A DNA stretch of 32,000 bases from an uncultured Lentisphaeria bacterium (GCA_951812855.1 OX638337.1:1050001-1082000); one strand, 5' to 3'. Positions 7,930-17,619 are shown, counted from the stretch's first letter. The notes: a model not told the origin generated them from the letters alone. Program-made: numbers and translations.

Positions 7930-10413
7930 CTATTCAATAACAATCGATACCCTGGCTGGCTCTGAATCAATTTTTCCGTCATTAACAACAAAGTCGAAGT
8001 GATCAGTGCCTGATGCGTTTTCATTGGGCGTATATCTGAAATTCCCAAATTCTTTATTAAGGATTTTTACGATTCCTTTTTTTGCCTGCTCAACGAGTTT
8101 AAATGATAATCGAGCATCTTCCACGTCTACGCCTGTTAAAATATTTATATTACTAAAACCGCGACTTACTGACACTTTCTGATCAAATGCCAGGGGTCTG
8201 TCATTAACAGAATTTACAAAAACCGAGAATGACGATTCATTGTAATCTGTGCCATCAAATAGTTGGATTGTTATGATTGCCAGACCGAATTCATTATTTT
8301 TGGGAATGATATCAATATTCCCACTGCCTTTATCTGACTTTATATTACTATAACTAATCACGATATTCTCGTTTGGTATTAGTGACTTATTAGAACTGAC
8401 TGCATTAATTTCAAGAACCTGTATATCCTCATCTCTTCCTCCGCCTTCATCAACAGTAAATTTTATTCCTTTAATTATTCCATCTTCATCAATAACCAAA
8501 TCAGAAATCTTCGACATAGTCGGTAAATCATTTACCGGTGTTACGGTTAAATTTAAAATGAGTTCAGCTTTTCTGCTGTTATAATTACTCAAGATATTAA
8601 TCTGTGCATTCCCAATTTCATTTTTATTCGGCAGTATATCAATTAATCCTGATGAACCCGTTTCATCAAAATCAGTTAATTCCAGTATCACATTCGAATC
8701 AGATATCAGTTTTGTATTCGTACTTGAAATACTAAACGAAAAGTCACTCTTGGAAATATTACTGTTTGTTTTTAAATCAATTCGAAAGGGAATCCCTTTT
8801 AAGCCAACGTCTTCTTCTGTTTCAAGCGTGGTGAATTGAGATGAAATTTTTAGTGAATCACGTTTTATACCTCGTACCGGCTGAGCTAAAACAAGTGACG
8901 GTGGAACTGTTGGAATCACAATTGATTCTCTGCCATCAATCATGTGATCCAGACCGGAAGGTTTTTCAGCATCAGAAATTTCCACTGAAATTGATGTTTC
9001 GTGTTCTTTAATATTATCACTTGCAGTTAAGGTAACCATTGTGCTTTCAGAAACGGTCTCATTTGGGATCAGCACGATTGTACCATCAGACGCATCTGTA
9101 TTATCATCTGAAAAATCAACTCTTATATTATCATTACTAATAATTGATTGATTGTTACTGCCTGCTGCTATGACTGATTTCTGAGACTCTTCGTCCTCCC
9201 CGCCGCCCTTATCAGCGGTAAATGTAATGATTGACTCGCGGTCGTCCTTATAAATTGTTACAATCTCGGGAATACCTGAAACAATTGGTGGATCGTTTAC
9301 AGGTGTAACAGAAAATAGAAACGATGTTTCAGCAGATGATTCACCATCTGAAACTCTTATTGTTATTGTAGAATTACCGACCTGATCTTTAATCGGAACC
9401 AGATTCAGAGTCCCTCCGATAGATCCGGTATGATCATCAAAATAATCTATGATAATATTATCATCAGGTATTAATCGCGAGTTAGAACTGATCGCTTTTA
9501 CTGTTAATACCTGTATATATTCATCTCGTCCACCCCCTTCACTTGCTGTAAAAATAATTTCAGAAATCTTCCGTTCTTCGACAGTTGTTTGATCCGAAAT
9601 TTCCGAGATTACCGGTATATCATTTACCGGCAGAATGGAAACAAAAAAAGCCGTGCTGACGTCCATAAAACCATCACTGACTGTGATGATAATTTTACAA
9701 GAACCATTTTTATCCTTCTCCGGGAAAATTTCGAACCAGCCATCAGGTGCATCAGATTCATCATCACTAAAGTTGATACGAATATTTTCTGCAGGAATGA
9801 TCGTCGTGTCAGAACTCATCGCGGTGACCGTTAAAACCTGTTGATTTTCCATTGGATTTTCCCCTTCATCAACAATTAATGGTATTCGTTTTGATTTATG
9901 ATCCTCATCCAGGGTTATATTTTTAATTTCCCCTATCGTTGGAGGTAAATTTTCAATGTCTGATTTTATATATTTAGCGGACGCCCAACCGATAATGCCA
10001 ACAGCGGGTTTTATCTGCACCCAGGTATCATTTTTAACGTTAAGCACCGAAACAACCTGCCCCGGCTGCATGTCAGTATACGATTTAAATAACTCACCGG
10101 GGCCACTGTAAACTCTTGTTTCATAAACTATTTTGTTATCGAAGGATAAACAGCTTTTGGGTATCCATGTCTCTACACTTGGGGAAATATCAATTCTCAA
10201 CCACCCATCTACTGCTTCAATAATCCGAACAGAATCGTTTTTATTTAATTGTGTAATAATACCGTGTCGGGTTGATGGGCCACTCCGAATGTTTAATGAC
10301 AATGCAGTTACGCTTCCGGTTTTTTGACTCTGCTCATCTGCACTCAATCCATTAATTAAAAGTAAATGTTGAATTAAAACAAAAAATAAATGGAATATGT
10401 AATTTCGATTCAT
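7930..10413 (-). CDS. Large secreted protein: signal peptide, two SH3b-like domains and about six tandem cadherin-like/Ig-like modules (putative adhesin)
   Basis: 827 aa. Signal peptide 'LLLINGLSA/DE'. SH3b-like segments are 'SLNIRSGPSTRHGIITQLNKNDSVRIIEAVDGWLRIDI' and 'VYSGPGELFKSYTDMQPGQVVSVLNVKNDTWVQIKP..GWASAKYI'. Modules are delimited by 'PVND(I/P/L/R)P' at aa 263, 372, 627 and 736 (109-aa spacing). Recurring motif 'F T x (S/D) E G G G R D E x I Q V L x x x A x S S N x x L I P x x N I'. The last module is a classical 'VNDxP...DG' cadherin-like domain. Confidence 0.75.
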   Translation of the reverse strand: MNRNYIFHLFFVLIQHLLLINGLSADEQSQKTGSVTALSLNIRSGPSTRHGIITQLNKNDSVRIIEAVDGWLRIDISPSVETWIPKSCLSFDNKIVYETRVYSGPGELFKSYTDMQPGQVVSVLNVKNDTWVQIKPAVGIIGWASAKYIKSDIENLPPTIGEIKNITLDEDHKSKRIPLIVDEGENPMENQQVLTVTAMSSDTTIIPAENIRINFSDDESDAPDGWFEIFPEKDKNGSCKIIITVSDGFMDVSTAFFVSILPVNDIPVISEISDQTTVEERKISEIIFTASEGGGRDEYIQVLTVKAISSNSRLIPDDNIIIDYFDDHTGSIGGTLNLVPIKDQVGNSTITIRVSDGESSAETSFLFSVTPVNDPPIVSGIPEIVTIYKDDRESIITFTADKGGGEDEESQKSVIAAGSNNQSIISNDNIRVDFSDDNTDASDGTIVLIPNETVSESTMVTLTASDNIKEHETSISVEISDAEKPSGLDHMIDGRESIVIPTVPPSLVLAQPVRGIKRDSLKISSQFTTLETEEDVGLKGIPFRIDLKTNSNISKSDFSFSISSTNTKLISDSNVILELTDFDETGSSGLIDILPNKNEIGNAQINILSNYNSRKAELILNLTVTPVNDLPTMSKISDLVIDEDGIIKGIKFTVDEGGGRDEDIQVLEINAVSSNKSLIPNENIVISYSNIKSDKGSGNIDIIPKNNEFGLAIITIQLFDGTDYNESSFSVFVNSVNDRPLAFDQKVSVSRGFSNINILTGVDVEDARLSFKLVEQAKKGIVKILNKEFGNFRYTPNENASGTDHFDFVVNDGKIDSEPARVSIVIE
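7933..9951 (-). repeat. Tandem array of about 108-109-aa cadherin-like modules within the adhesin gene (protein-level repeat, diverged at DNA level)
   Basis: Module boundaries at about aa 155, 264, 373, 518, 628 and 737, with an irregular linker at about aa 482-517. Copies share motif positions but not long identical nucleotide runs. Confidence 0.6.
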
Positions 10414-10570
10414 AAAATAAAAATTTCAGCGTATAATTTCGTAAAAACAATCTCTAACGTCACAAACAAATATATAGAATATCTCTGTTATTCATCCAAA
10501 AAGATAGTCTAATGAAATATAAAAATCGCGAAAAAATTTTCATTTTTAAGCCTGTGGCAATACCTGAATT

Positions 10571-11130
10571 TTGATTAATATTCGGGTGGATATTACATCC
10601 GATACAATTTTTTACTGTATGATTAATTTATTCATAGGAAATAAAATACCAGTCTTGTCAAAACACTTTGAGACTATATCTATATAAGTTGTTACACTGT
10701 CTTAAAGAAACGCGAAAACTACAGGAAGGCTTTTTCAAATTTTAATCCTGAGACAGTGGTCCGATACACAACATTGGATTTTAAAAAATTAATGAACAAC
10801 CCCGGAATCATTCGAAATCGGCTAAAAATCACTGCTGCAATTAATAACGCAAAACACTTTTTACAAATCCAGGAAGAATTTGGCAGTTTTGACCAGTATA
10901 TTTGGCGTTTCGTTGACGGTAAACCCATTGTAAATACAATATCAAAACTTCAGGACTATCCAACATCAAGTCCTGAATCAGATAATCTCAGCGGGGATTT
11001 ACGTCAAAGAGGATTCAAATTTGTTGGAACTACAATATGTTACGCCCATATGCAGGCAGCCGGAATGGTAAATGATCATTCCATCAACTGTTTTCGGCGG
11101 AATGAAATACTAACTATTGCATCTAAGTAA
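10571..11130 (+). pseudogene. tag: DNA-3-methyladenine glycosylase I (Tag), N-terminal third degraded
   Basis: The C-terminal two thirds (ORF 10756-11130, frame open from 10672) match Tag well: 'VLKKRENYRKAF..F', 'PGIIRNRLKI', 'GSFDQYIWRFV', 'LRQRGFKFVGTTICYAHMQAAGMVNDH..C'. The N-terminal part lies in another frame (10571-10687, 'INIRVDITSDTIFYCMINLFIGNKIPVLSKHFETISI*'). It is collinear with E. coli Tag 'ERCGWVSQDPLYIAYHDNEWGVPETDSKKLFEMICL' (from memory) but lacks the Cys/His zinc ligands and the YHDxEWG motif. About six codons (EGxQAG) are missing at the frame junction near 10672-10687. Confidence 0.65.
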
Positions 11131-11152
11131 TTCAATTATATGGAGTTTTTAA

Positions 11153-12730
11153 ATGAGGACTGTTTTAATACCCACTAAACTAAGCACCATCGCCGGGGAT
11201 ATGCTTGAGAAAAATAATTTCGCTGTTGTTCAGGATGCTGACACCAGCTTAGTCGAACTGGCAAAACAAAATCCATTGACATCAGCTTTAATTGTACGTT
11301 CTGAAAAAGTGAATTCAGAAATCATAGATTTATTACCGGAACTAAAAGTGATCATTCGTGCAGGAGCAGGTTATAATACGATTGACATCAAATACGCACG
11401 TCGAAAAAACATTGATGTTATGAATACACCCGGGGCAAATGCGAATGCTGTGGCTGAAGAAGTCATTGCGATGGCACTCGGTGCCTATAGACATTTAGTA
11501 AAAGGCGATATATCCACTCGCAACGGTTCCTGGGAAAAGAAGAATTTTATGGGTAGAGAATTAACAGATAAAACTGTTGGAATTGTCGGGTTGGGACACA
11601 TTGGCCAACTGGTGATTAAACGTTTAGAAGGATTTGCATGTAAAATCATAGGTTATGATCCGCTGATATCTCCGTCTAAAGCAGAATCATTAGGCGTAAA
11701 CCTGTGTTCCCTGGAAAATTTGTTTGAGCAGGCAGATATCGTGACATTACATATTCCAGAAATTGAAGAAACCAAAAAATTAATCAATAAAAAATTCCTG
11801 ACTCTGATGAAAAAGGACGCAGTGCTTATTAATTGTGCCCGATCAGGAATTTTAAATGAAGATGATCTGCGAGACGTTAAAAAGGAAAAAAACATCATTT
11901 TCTGCAATGATGTCTATGATAAAGATGAAGCAGGAGAAAAAAGCGTTGCGGATATCGCCAATATCATGCTGCCTCATCTAGGGGCAAATACACTTGAAGC
12001 CAACGAAACTGCCGCCGGCAGAGCGGCGGAACAGCTCATTTCATATTTCGAGAAAGGTGTGACAACCTTTGTAGTTAATAAATCGGTACCAGACGGTTTA
12101 GATGAAGACCATCAATTACTTGCATACTATCTGGCAAAAGTGGCTCGCTGTTATCTGGGCTGTGATTCACAGCCAAACCGTATAGAAATGAGTTTTTATG
12201 GAGGACTTGATGAATTTTCAAACTGGTTGATTGCACCCATAGTTTCAGGAATTTCATCTGAATTCGATCCCGCGTTTGATATGAGTGACGCATCAGAATA
12301 CTTACAGGAAAGGGGGATTACGTTTGATATTCGACCTGGTGATGAATCAAAAAAATACGGAAAATCAATGACAGTTGATTTATTTGAAGGGAAGGGAGAT
12401 TCCATTACGAATGTCAGCGTCAGGGGAACGATTACAGAAGGTTATCCCATGGTATCCCGCATTGCCGGATTTGATAAACTCTATTTTGATCCCATTGGCA
12501 AAAGTATTCTGGCGGTCTACAAAGACCAACCGGGAATGCTCGCAAAAATTACGTCGGTGGTGGCAAAATATAATATCAATATCAACGATATTCGCTGCCC
12601 GTCTGATCCTGACAGCAGAGATTCTATTGCTATCTTAAAAGTAAGTGAATCGGTTAATCAAACTATTCTTGATGAAATAATATCCACATCCGGTGCGAGA
12701 AAAGCTGTATATTTAAACATCGAAAAATAA
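11153..12730 (+). CDS. serA: D-3-phosphoglycerate dehydrogenase (long form with C-terminal ACT domain)
   Basis: 525 aa. 2-hydroxyacid dehydrogenase core 'VIIRAGAGYNTIDI', 'GIVGLGHIGQLV' (GxGxxG), 'VTLHIP', 'LINCARSGI'. C-terminal ACT-like 'ILAVYKDQPGMLAKITSVVAKYNININDI'. SD-like 'tggag' upstream. Confidence 0.9.
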   Translation: MRTVLIPTKLSTIAGDMLEKNNFAVVQDADTSLVELAKQNPLTSALIVRSEKVNSEIIDLLPELKVIIRAGAGYNTIDIKYARRKNIDVMNTPGANANAVAEEVIAMALGAYRHLVKGDISTRNGSWEKKNFMGRELTDKTVGIVGLGHIGQLVIKRLEGFACKIIGYDPLISPSKAESLGVNLCSLENLFEQADIVTLHIPEIEETKKLINKKFLTLMKKDAVLINCARSGILNEDDLRDVKKEKNIIFCNDVYDKDEAGEKSVADIANIMLPHLGANTLEANETAAGRAAEQLISYFEKGVTTFVVNKSVPDGLDEDHQLLAYYLAKVARCYLGCDSQPNRIEMSFYGGLDEFSNWLIAPIVSGISSEFDPAFDMSDASEYLQERGITFDIRPGDESKKYGKSMTVDLFEGKGDSITNVSVRGTITEGYPMVSRIAGFDKLYFDPIGKSILAVYKDQPGMLAKITSVVAKYNININDIRCPSDPDSRDSIAILKVSESVNQTILDEIISTSGARKAVYLNIEK

Positions 12731-12869
12731 AATCCGGATCAATACACTTCCTATAGACAGACAGTTTCGAATAGACTGAGGTATTTTTCGAGAATGAACG
12801 TCTGTAAAGGCGTTACGTATCGTTTAAAATTTAACAGATAAACCCAGAAATAATCACATATACTTATGA

Positions 12870-14957
12870 TTATTTCTTTTGATTTTCTTCTTCAAATTTT
12901 TTGATCAGTTCATCACTGACAGTTCTTGGTACAGGAGCGTATTTAGCAAATTCCATGGTGAATTCCCCTTTCCCCTGAGTCATAGACCTAAGATCTCCAA
13001 CATACCCAAACATCTCAGAAAGCGGCATCTCTGCTGTTAAGGTACAGAAGTTTTGATTATCAACTGTACCCACAATAATACCTCTTCGGGAACTTAAGTT
13101 ACCCATAACAGCCCCTTGAAATTCAGAAGGCAATTCAATTTCTACCTTCATGACCGGCTCAAGAATAATTGGTTTGGATTTATTATAGGCTTGTCTAAAC
13201 CCGCCGACAGCAGCCAGTCCAAACGCCATATCACTGGAATCCACAGTATGCGAAGCTCCGTCGGACAGCGTCATTTTAACACCAATAATGGGAAACCCGA
13301 TTAACGATCCTTTCTCCAGACATTTTTGGAAGCCTTTGTCAACGCTTGAAATGAACTCTCTTGGGATATTGCCGCCTTTGACCTGATTATCAAATTCGTA
13401 TTCTCCTGCTTCAGCCGGCTCCATTTTACCTGCGACCCGTCCATATTGCCCCGAACCACCGGTCTGTTTTTTATGGGTATAATCAAAATCAGATTCAGCA
13501 GTAATTGTTTCTCGATAGGCGACCTGAGGTGCACCCTTTTCTAACTCAACGTTATATTCTCTTTTGAGTCGTTCCAGATAGACGTCAAGATGAAGCTCTC
13601 CCATCCCTGAGATTATTGTTTCAGCACTCTCTTCATCATACCGGACTTTGAATGTCGGATCTTCTTTCATAAACCTGTTGAGACCCTTTGACAAATTTTT
13701 AGCGGCGGCTTTATTCAATGTTTCAATTTTAATATCAATTACAGGGTCGGGGACAAACATTGAGGTCATATTTACACGCTGCGTACCGTCAGTAAATGTG
13801 GTACCTGATGCACACTCAATGCCAAAAATTGCGACAATATCTCCTGCTTCAGCACGAACTATTTCTTCCATTTCATTTGAATTCATTCGTACTAACCGGC
13901 CGATATTGTGCTTCCGGCCATTTGTCATATTGGTCATTTTTGAGCCTTTACTCAGGGTCCCCTGATAAATTCTCATGTAGCTGAGCTGACCGTAAGCTCC
14001 ATCTTCAAGTTTGAATGTATATCCAACAAATGGCTTATCTTTATCGGATTCCAACCGAACTGGTTTTTCCTCATTATCCAGGTCTAATGCCGTATTAGTT
14101 ATATTACTCGGGTTGGGTAAGTATTCAGTAACAGCGTCCAGCAGAGTTTGAACTCCGACATTTTTATAGGCCGATCCCATAAATATCGGGGTAATTTCGA
14201 GGCTCAAGGTGGCGTTCCTGATAACCCTTCGCAACAGATCTTCGGGAATTTCCTGTTCCTCTAAAATAAATTCTGTAAGTTCCTCTGAAAACATTGATGC
14301 TGTGTCCAATAAAATCTCACGTTTTTTATTCACCGCCTCGGTTATATCATCCGGTATAGGAACTGTGATGATGTTTTCACCATTTTCACCTTCAAATTTA
14401 TACGCCTTCATCGAAATCAGATCAACCACACCTGTCAAATCGTGTTCAAGTCCTATTGGATATTGCATGGCAACGGCATTGTGTCCTAATTTTTCTTGCA
14501 ATTGTGAAATTACTTTATCCGGATTCGCACCTGTGCGATCAAGTTTGTTTATGAAAGCAATACGCGGGACTTCATAACGTTTCATTTGCCGATCAACGGT
14601 GATTGACTGTGATTGCACTCCGGCAACACTGCACAAAACCAGAATTGCACCATCGAGCACTCTGAGTGACCGCTCTACCTCAATCGTGAAATCAACATGC
14701 CCCGGAGTATCAATGACATTGATTGTATAATCATTCCAATGGCACTGGGTACAGGCAGAAGTAATGGTTATACCCTTCTCCCTCTCCAGCTCCATGTGAT
14801 CCATTTTTGCACCGACACCGTCTTTTCCCCGGACTTCATGGATTGCGTGAATTTTTCCTGTATAAAACAATATGCGCTCCGTCAAAGTCGTTTTTCCAGA
14901 GTCAATATGTGCGCTTATACCTATATTTCTTAATTGTTCAAGTGTGTGTGTTGACAT
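12870..14957 (-). CDS. fusA: Elongation factor G, mitochondrial-EFG1-like (spd-type) subfamily, stand-alone gene
   Basis: 695 aa. G1 'AHIDSGKTT', G3 'DTPGHVDF', G4 'NKLD'. '[25 protein letters not shown]' and '[19 protein letters not shown]' resemble mitochondrial EF-G1 more than canonical bacterial EF-G ('GAATMDWMEQEQERGITI'). No rpsL/rpsG/tuf neighbours. Confidence 0.92.
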   Translation of the reverse strand: MSTHTLEQLRNIGISAHIDSGKTTLTERILFYTGKIHAIHEVRGKDGVGAKMDHMELEREKGITITSACTQCHWNDYTINVIDTPGHVDFTIEVERSLRVLDGAILVLCSVAGVQSQSITVDRQMKRYEVPRIAFINKLDRTGANPDKVISQLQEKLGHNAVAMQYPIGLEHDLTGVVDLISMKAYKFEGENGENIITVPIPDDITEAVNKKREILLDTASMFSEELTEFILEEQEIPEDLLRRVIRNATLSLEITPIFMGSAYKNVGVQTLLDAVTEYLPNPSNITNTALDLDNEEKPVRLESDKDKPFVGYTFKLEDGAYGQLSYMRIYQGTLSKGSKMTNMTNGRKHNIGRLVRMNSNEMEEIVRAEAGDIVAIFGIECASGTTFTDGTQRVNMTSMFVPDPVIDIKIETLNKAAAKNLSKGLNRFMKEDPTFKVRYDEESAETIISGMGELHLDVYLERLKREYNVELEKGAPQVAYRETITAESDFDYTHKKQTGGSGQYGRVAGKMEPAEAGEYEFDNQVKGGNIPREFISSVDKGFQKCLEKGSLIGFPIIGVKMTLSDGASHTVDSSDMAFGLAAVGGFRQAYNKSKPIILEPVMKVEIELPSEFQGAVMGNLSSRRGIIVGTVDNQNFCTLTAEMPLSEMFGYVGDLRSMTQGKGEFTMEFAKYAPVPRTVSDELIKKFEEENQKK

Positions 14958-15211
14958 AGAGATTACTCCAACCGTATAAATTGATAATAGATGATAAAAC
15001 GAAAACCGAATAATGTGCAGTCAATTCAACATTATACAATTTTTTTCAAGTAAAAAAATGATACAATTAGTTATGCAAAAGAGTAAGAGATTTATCAAAT
15101 TTACAGGGATCTCAAACAATTTGAATTAGTTCCGATTGTCAGTATTAGACTTTGGGTCTGCTCGAAGATCAGGAAACCCGGTTATTTGTTAATCTCTGAG
15201 TGATAATTTTG

Positions 15212-15240
15212 TTGATCTTATTAATATTTACGGATATAAT
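15212..15240 (+). promoter_or_regulatory. Candidate sigma70-type promoter for the CNNM gene pair (TTGATC-N17-TATAAT)
   Basis: 'ttgatc' at 15212-15217, a 17-nt spacer, and 'tataat' at 15235-15240, about 100 nt upstream of the 15338 start. It is followed by the palindrome 'agaatcgtgattct' at 15248-15261. Pattern match only. Confidence 0.3.
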
Positions 15241-15337
15241 TTGGGAAAGAATCGTGATTCTCAGCATGACGTAACCAATTTAATGCATTTTGTAATTCAA
15301 ATTTTAAACTCTGGTTAATACGGATATTCAGTCAATA

Positions 15338-16597
15338 ATGAATTCATTCATAATTATACAATTAATACTTTTAGTTTTACTGATTCTGCTTTCAGGATTC
15401 TTTTCTTCCTCGGAAACAGCACTGTTTTCACTGGAGAAAACAGTATTAAAAAAATGGAGGTCTGAAGGCAGCAAATATCAAAAGACAGTTTCATTTTTAA
15501 TGGACGATTATCATGGCACGCTTGTGGCCATCCTGATTGCCAACAATTTCGTGAATATTTTTGCAGCAATCACATTTAATAATTTAACATCTGCATTCAT
15601 ATCAGGAATCGCAGCTCCTCTTGTTGCCGGGACCTTGATTACCGTTATTCTTCTGATTTTTGGAGAGGTTACACCCAAATCAGTTGCATATTCAAATTCG
15701 AATAAGATCGCACCGGCAATCGCACCGCTGATATTATTCTGTTATCGATCATTCCAACCGTTAATTTTATTATTGAAACGAATATCCGCCCATATTATTA
15801 CATCGCTTCCGGGAGAATTGAACGACTCAACAGCAATCACTGCTGAAGAATATCATACTTATATAACTCTGGGTAAAAACGTCGGTGCCTTTTCCGACAG
15901 AGAATCTCACCTTCTTGAAAGAATACTTCAATTAAGGAACAAAACAGTAATTACTGCAATGATTCCACGTATCGACGTAAAAACCGTTGATATATCATGG
16001 AATTATAAAAAGGTTACAGAAACCATTCAAAACTATCGACACAGACTTATTCCCGCAGTGAATGGCGATCTCGATAAATTAGTCGGGATTCTGGATGTCA
16101 GGATGTTTTTACTTGCACCGGCAGGAGTAAAGAAATCCTGGTTGAAAACATGTTTATTGAAACCCATTTACGTTCCCGAACAAGCCTCTCTTAATACAGT
16201 ACTGGAGACATTAAGAGAGAAAAACCAATCAATATCTGTTGTCGTTGACGAATATGGCGGGTCATCTGGTATTTTAAAAGTAGAGGATATTGTCGAGGAA
16301 ATTGTTGGGGAAATGACAGATGAATATGATATCCCTGCCTGGACGATCACCAGCATTAATACCAATCATTGGCGCTTAAACGGTCTTATTCAAAAACATC
16401 AGGTAACCGAATTAATCTCTATTGAGTTGCCGGAGGGAAGTTCTGAAACCGTAGGAGGATTTCTAACTGAACAGATTGGCAGAATTCCAGTTGAAGGTGA
16501 TTCATGGCAATTTAAGGAATGTTACTTCAACGTGCGCAGGGTACACCAGAAAAGAGTGATCGAATTAGATCTATTACTTAAGGGAAGCGAAGAATGA
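15338..16597 (+). CDS. CNNM/HlyC-CorC family transporter-associated protein (DUF21 TM domain + CBS pair + CorC_HlyC C-terminal domain)
   Basis: 419 aa. Hydrophobic N-terminal DUF21 region with 'SSSETALFSL' and 'FGEVTPKS' motifs, a central CBS-pair-like region, and a C-terminal transporter-associated domain. Confidence 0.85.
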   Translation: MNSFIIIQLILLVLLILLSGFFSSSETALFSLEKTVLKKWRSEGSKYQKTVSFLMDDYHGTLVAILIANNFVNIFAAITFNNLTSAFISGIAAPLVAGTLITVILLIFGEVTPKSVAYSNSNKIAPAIAPLILFCYRSFQPLILLLKRISAHIITSLPGELNDSTAITAEEYHTYITLGKNVGAFSDRESHLLERILQLRNKTVITAMIPRIDVKTVDISWNYKKVTETIQNYRHRLIPAVNGDLDKLVGILDVRMFLLAPAGVKKSWLKTCLLKPIYVPEQASLNTVLETLREKNQSISVVVDEYGGSSGILKVEDIVEEIVGEMTDEYDIPAWTITSINTNHWRLNGLIQKHQVTELISIELPEGSSETVGGFLTEQIGRIPVEGDSWQFKECYFNVRRVHQKRVIELDLLLKGSEE

Positions 16598-17589
16598 TTG
16601 CTTTACTCTTTGGATTTTTAATAATTGTTTTCTTACTGTCGTCAGCATGCTTCAGTGGATTTGAAAACGGTATTATATCTATACGCAGCGCCCGACTAAA
16701 TCACGCGGTTGAACAGGGCTCAAAACGGGCGAAAATCATGAAAATGTATTTGGACAAACCTGAAACAATGTTATCTGCAATCTTGTTAGGAAATAACATC
16801 AGCAACTGTTTTCTTGCTGTGTTTTTTGATGAGTTGTTACATTTATATTATGATTCATTTCTTATGTCAGTTTCAGGGTCGGTGATTTTAACAATTATTG
16901 TTCTGATATTAGGTGAAATATCACCCAAAATTTGGTTTAGACAAAAACCATTCTACCGTTGTCAGCTATTTATTTATCCATTCTACTTTTTCCATCGATT
17001 TTTTGCTCCGTTTATAAGCATGCTTACAAATATCGTAAAACTGCTAAATAAATATTTTATTCATAATGAAAAGAATATCCCTGCTGAAGCATCACTGATG
17101 AGAGAAGATTTCAGAACAATGATTATGGAGAGTTATGATGACAAATTGATCGATAAAGAAGCCTGTTTACTCATCGAAAATGGGTTGGAATTTCATCATA
17201 CCAGAGTAAAAGATCTTTCAGTAAATTACTCCGATGTAAAAACAATATCTTCAAAAGCTACATTGAATCAAGCACTTCAGTATGCCCGGAAACATCAAGT
17301 CAGTCGCCTTCCGGTATTTAACGAAACCAGCAGGGAATGGGTGGGTATTTTTTCAATCTATGATGCATTTTTCCACGTTAAAAAAAAACACTGGGGGAAA
17401 AAACATGTTATCGAATATATTCGCCCGATTGTGACAATTTCAGACCAAATGTCAATTCACAACGTCATTCCCCGTTCACGATTCAACAAGAGTCCGTTCT
17501 TAGTCGTTCTTGATCAGTCTAATAATCAAACCGGCATTATTACAATTAGTGATGTTATGCGCCCGTTGATCGGAAAAATCTCGCTATGA
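16594..17589 (+). CDS. CNNM-family DUF21 + CBS-pair protein lacking the CorC_HlyC C-terminal domain
   Basis: 331 aa. The start overlaps the upstream stop (ATGA at 16594-16597). 'SGFENGIISI', 'LGEISPKI' DUF21 motifs, then a CBS pair, ending directly after it. Confidence 0.8.
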   Translation: MIALLFGFLIIVFLLSSACFSGFENGIISIRSARLNHAVEQGSKRAKIMKMYLDKPETMLSAILLGNNISNCFLAVFFDELLHLYYDSFLMSVSGSVILTIIVLILGEISPKIWFRQKPFYRCQLFIYPFYFFHRFFAPFISMLTNIVKLLNKYFIHNEKNIPAEASLMREDFRTMIMESYDDKLIDKEACLLIENGLEFHHTRVKDLSVNYSDVKTISSKATLNQALQYARKHQVSRLPVFNETSREWVGIFSIYDAFFHVKKKHWGKKHVIEYIRPIVTISDQMSIHNVIPRSRFNKSPFLVVLDQSNNQTGIITISDVMRPLIGKISL

Positions 17590-17619
17590 TCAAAGTCCTT
17601 TAACGCCGGGTTTAGGAAT

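Noticed and set aside
7933-9951. Adhesin module repeats considered as near-identical DNA repeats (recombination-driven copy-number variation or an assembly collapse risk).
   Set aside because: The modules share motif positions at the protein level, but the nucleotide sequences are clearly diverged and I saw no long identical runs.
17380-17388. An A9 homopolymer inside the second CNNM gene (codons KKK), considered as a phase-variation tract.
   Set aside because: The frame is intact, the tract is short, and poly-A runs encoding Lys are common in AT-rich genomes.
15241-17589. The leader of the CNNM operon considered as an Mg2+ (M-box) or other riboswitch, and the two CNNM genes considered as one frameshifted gene.
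   Set aside because: I could not recognise conserved M-box helices in the roughly 90-nt leader. Each CNNM ORF has its own complete DUF21 N terminus and CBS pair, so they are two genes rather than a split one.
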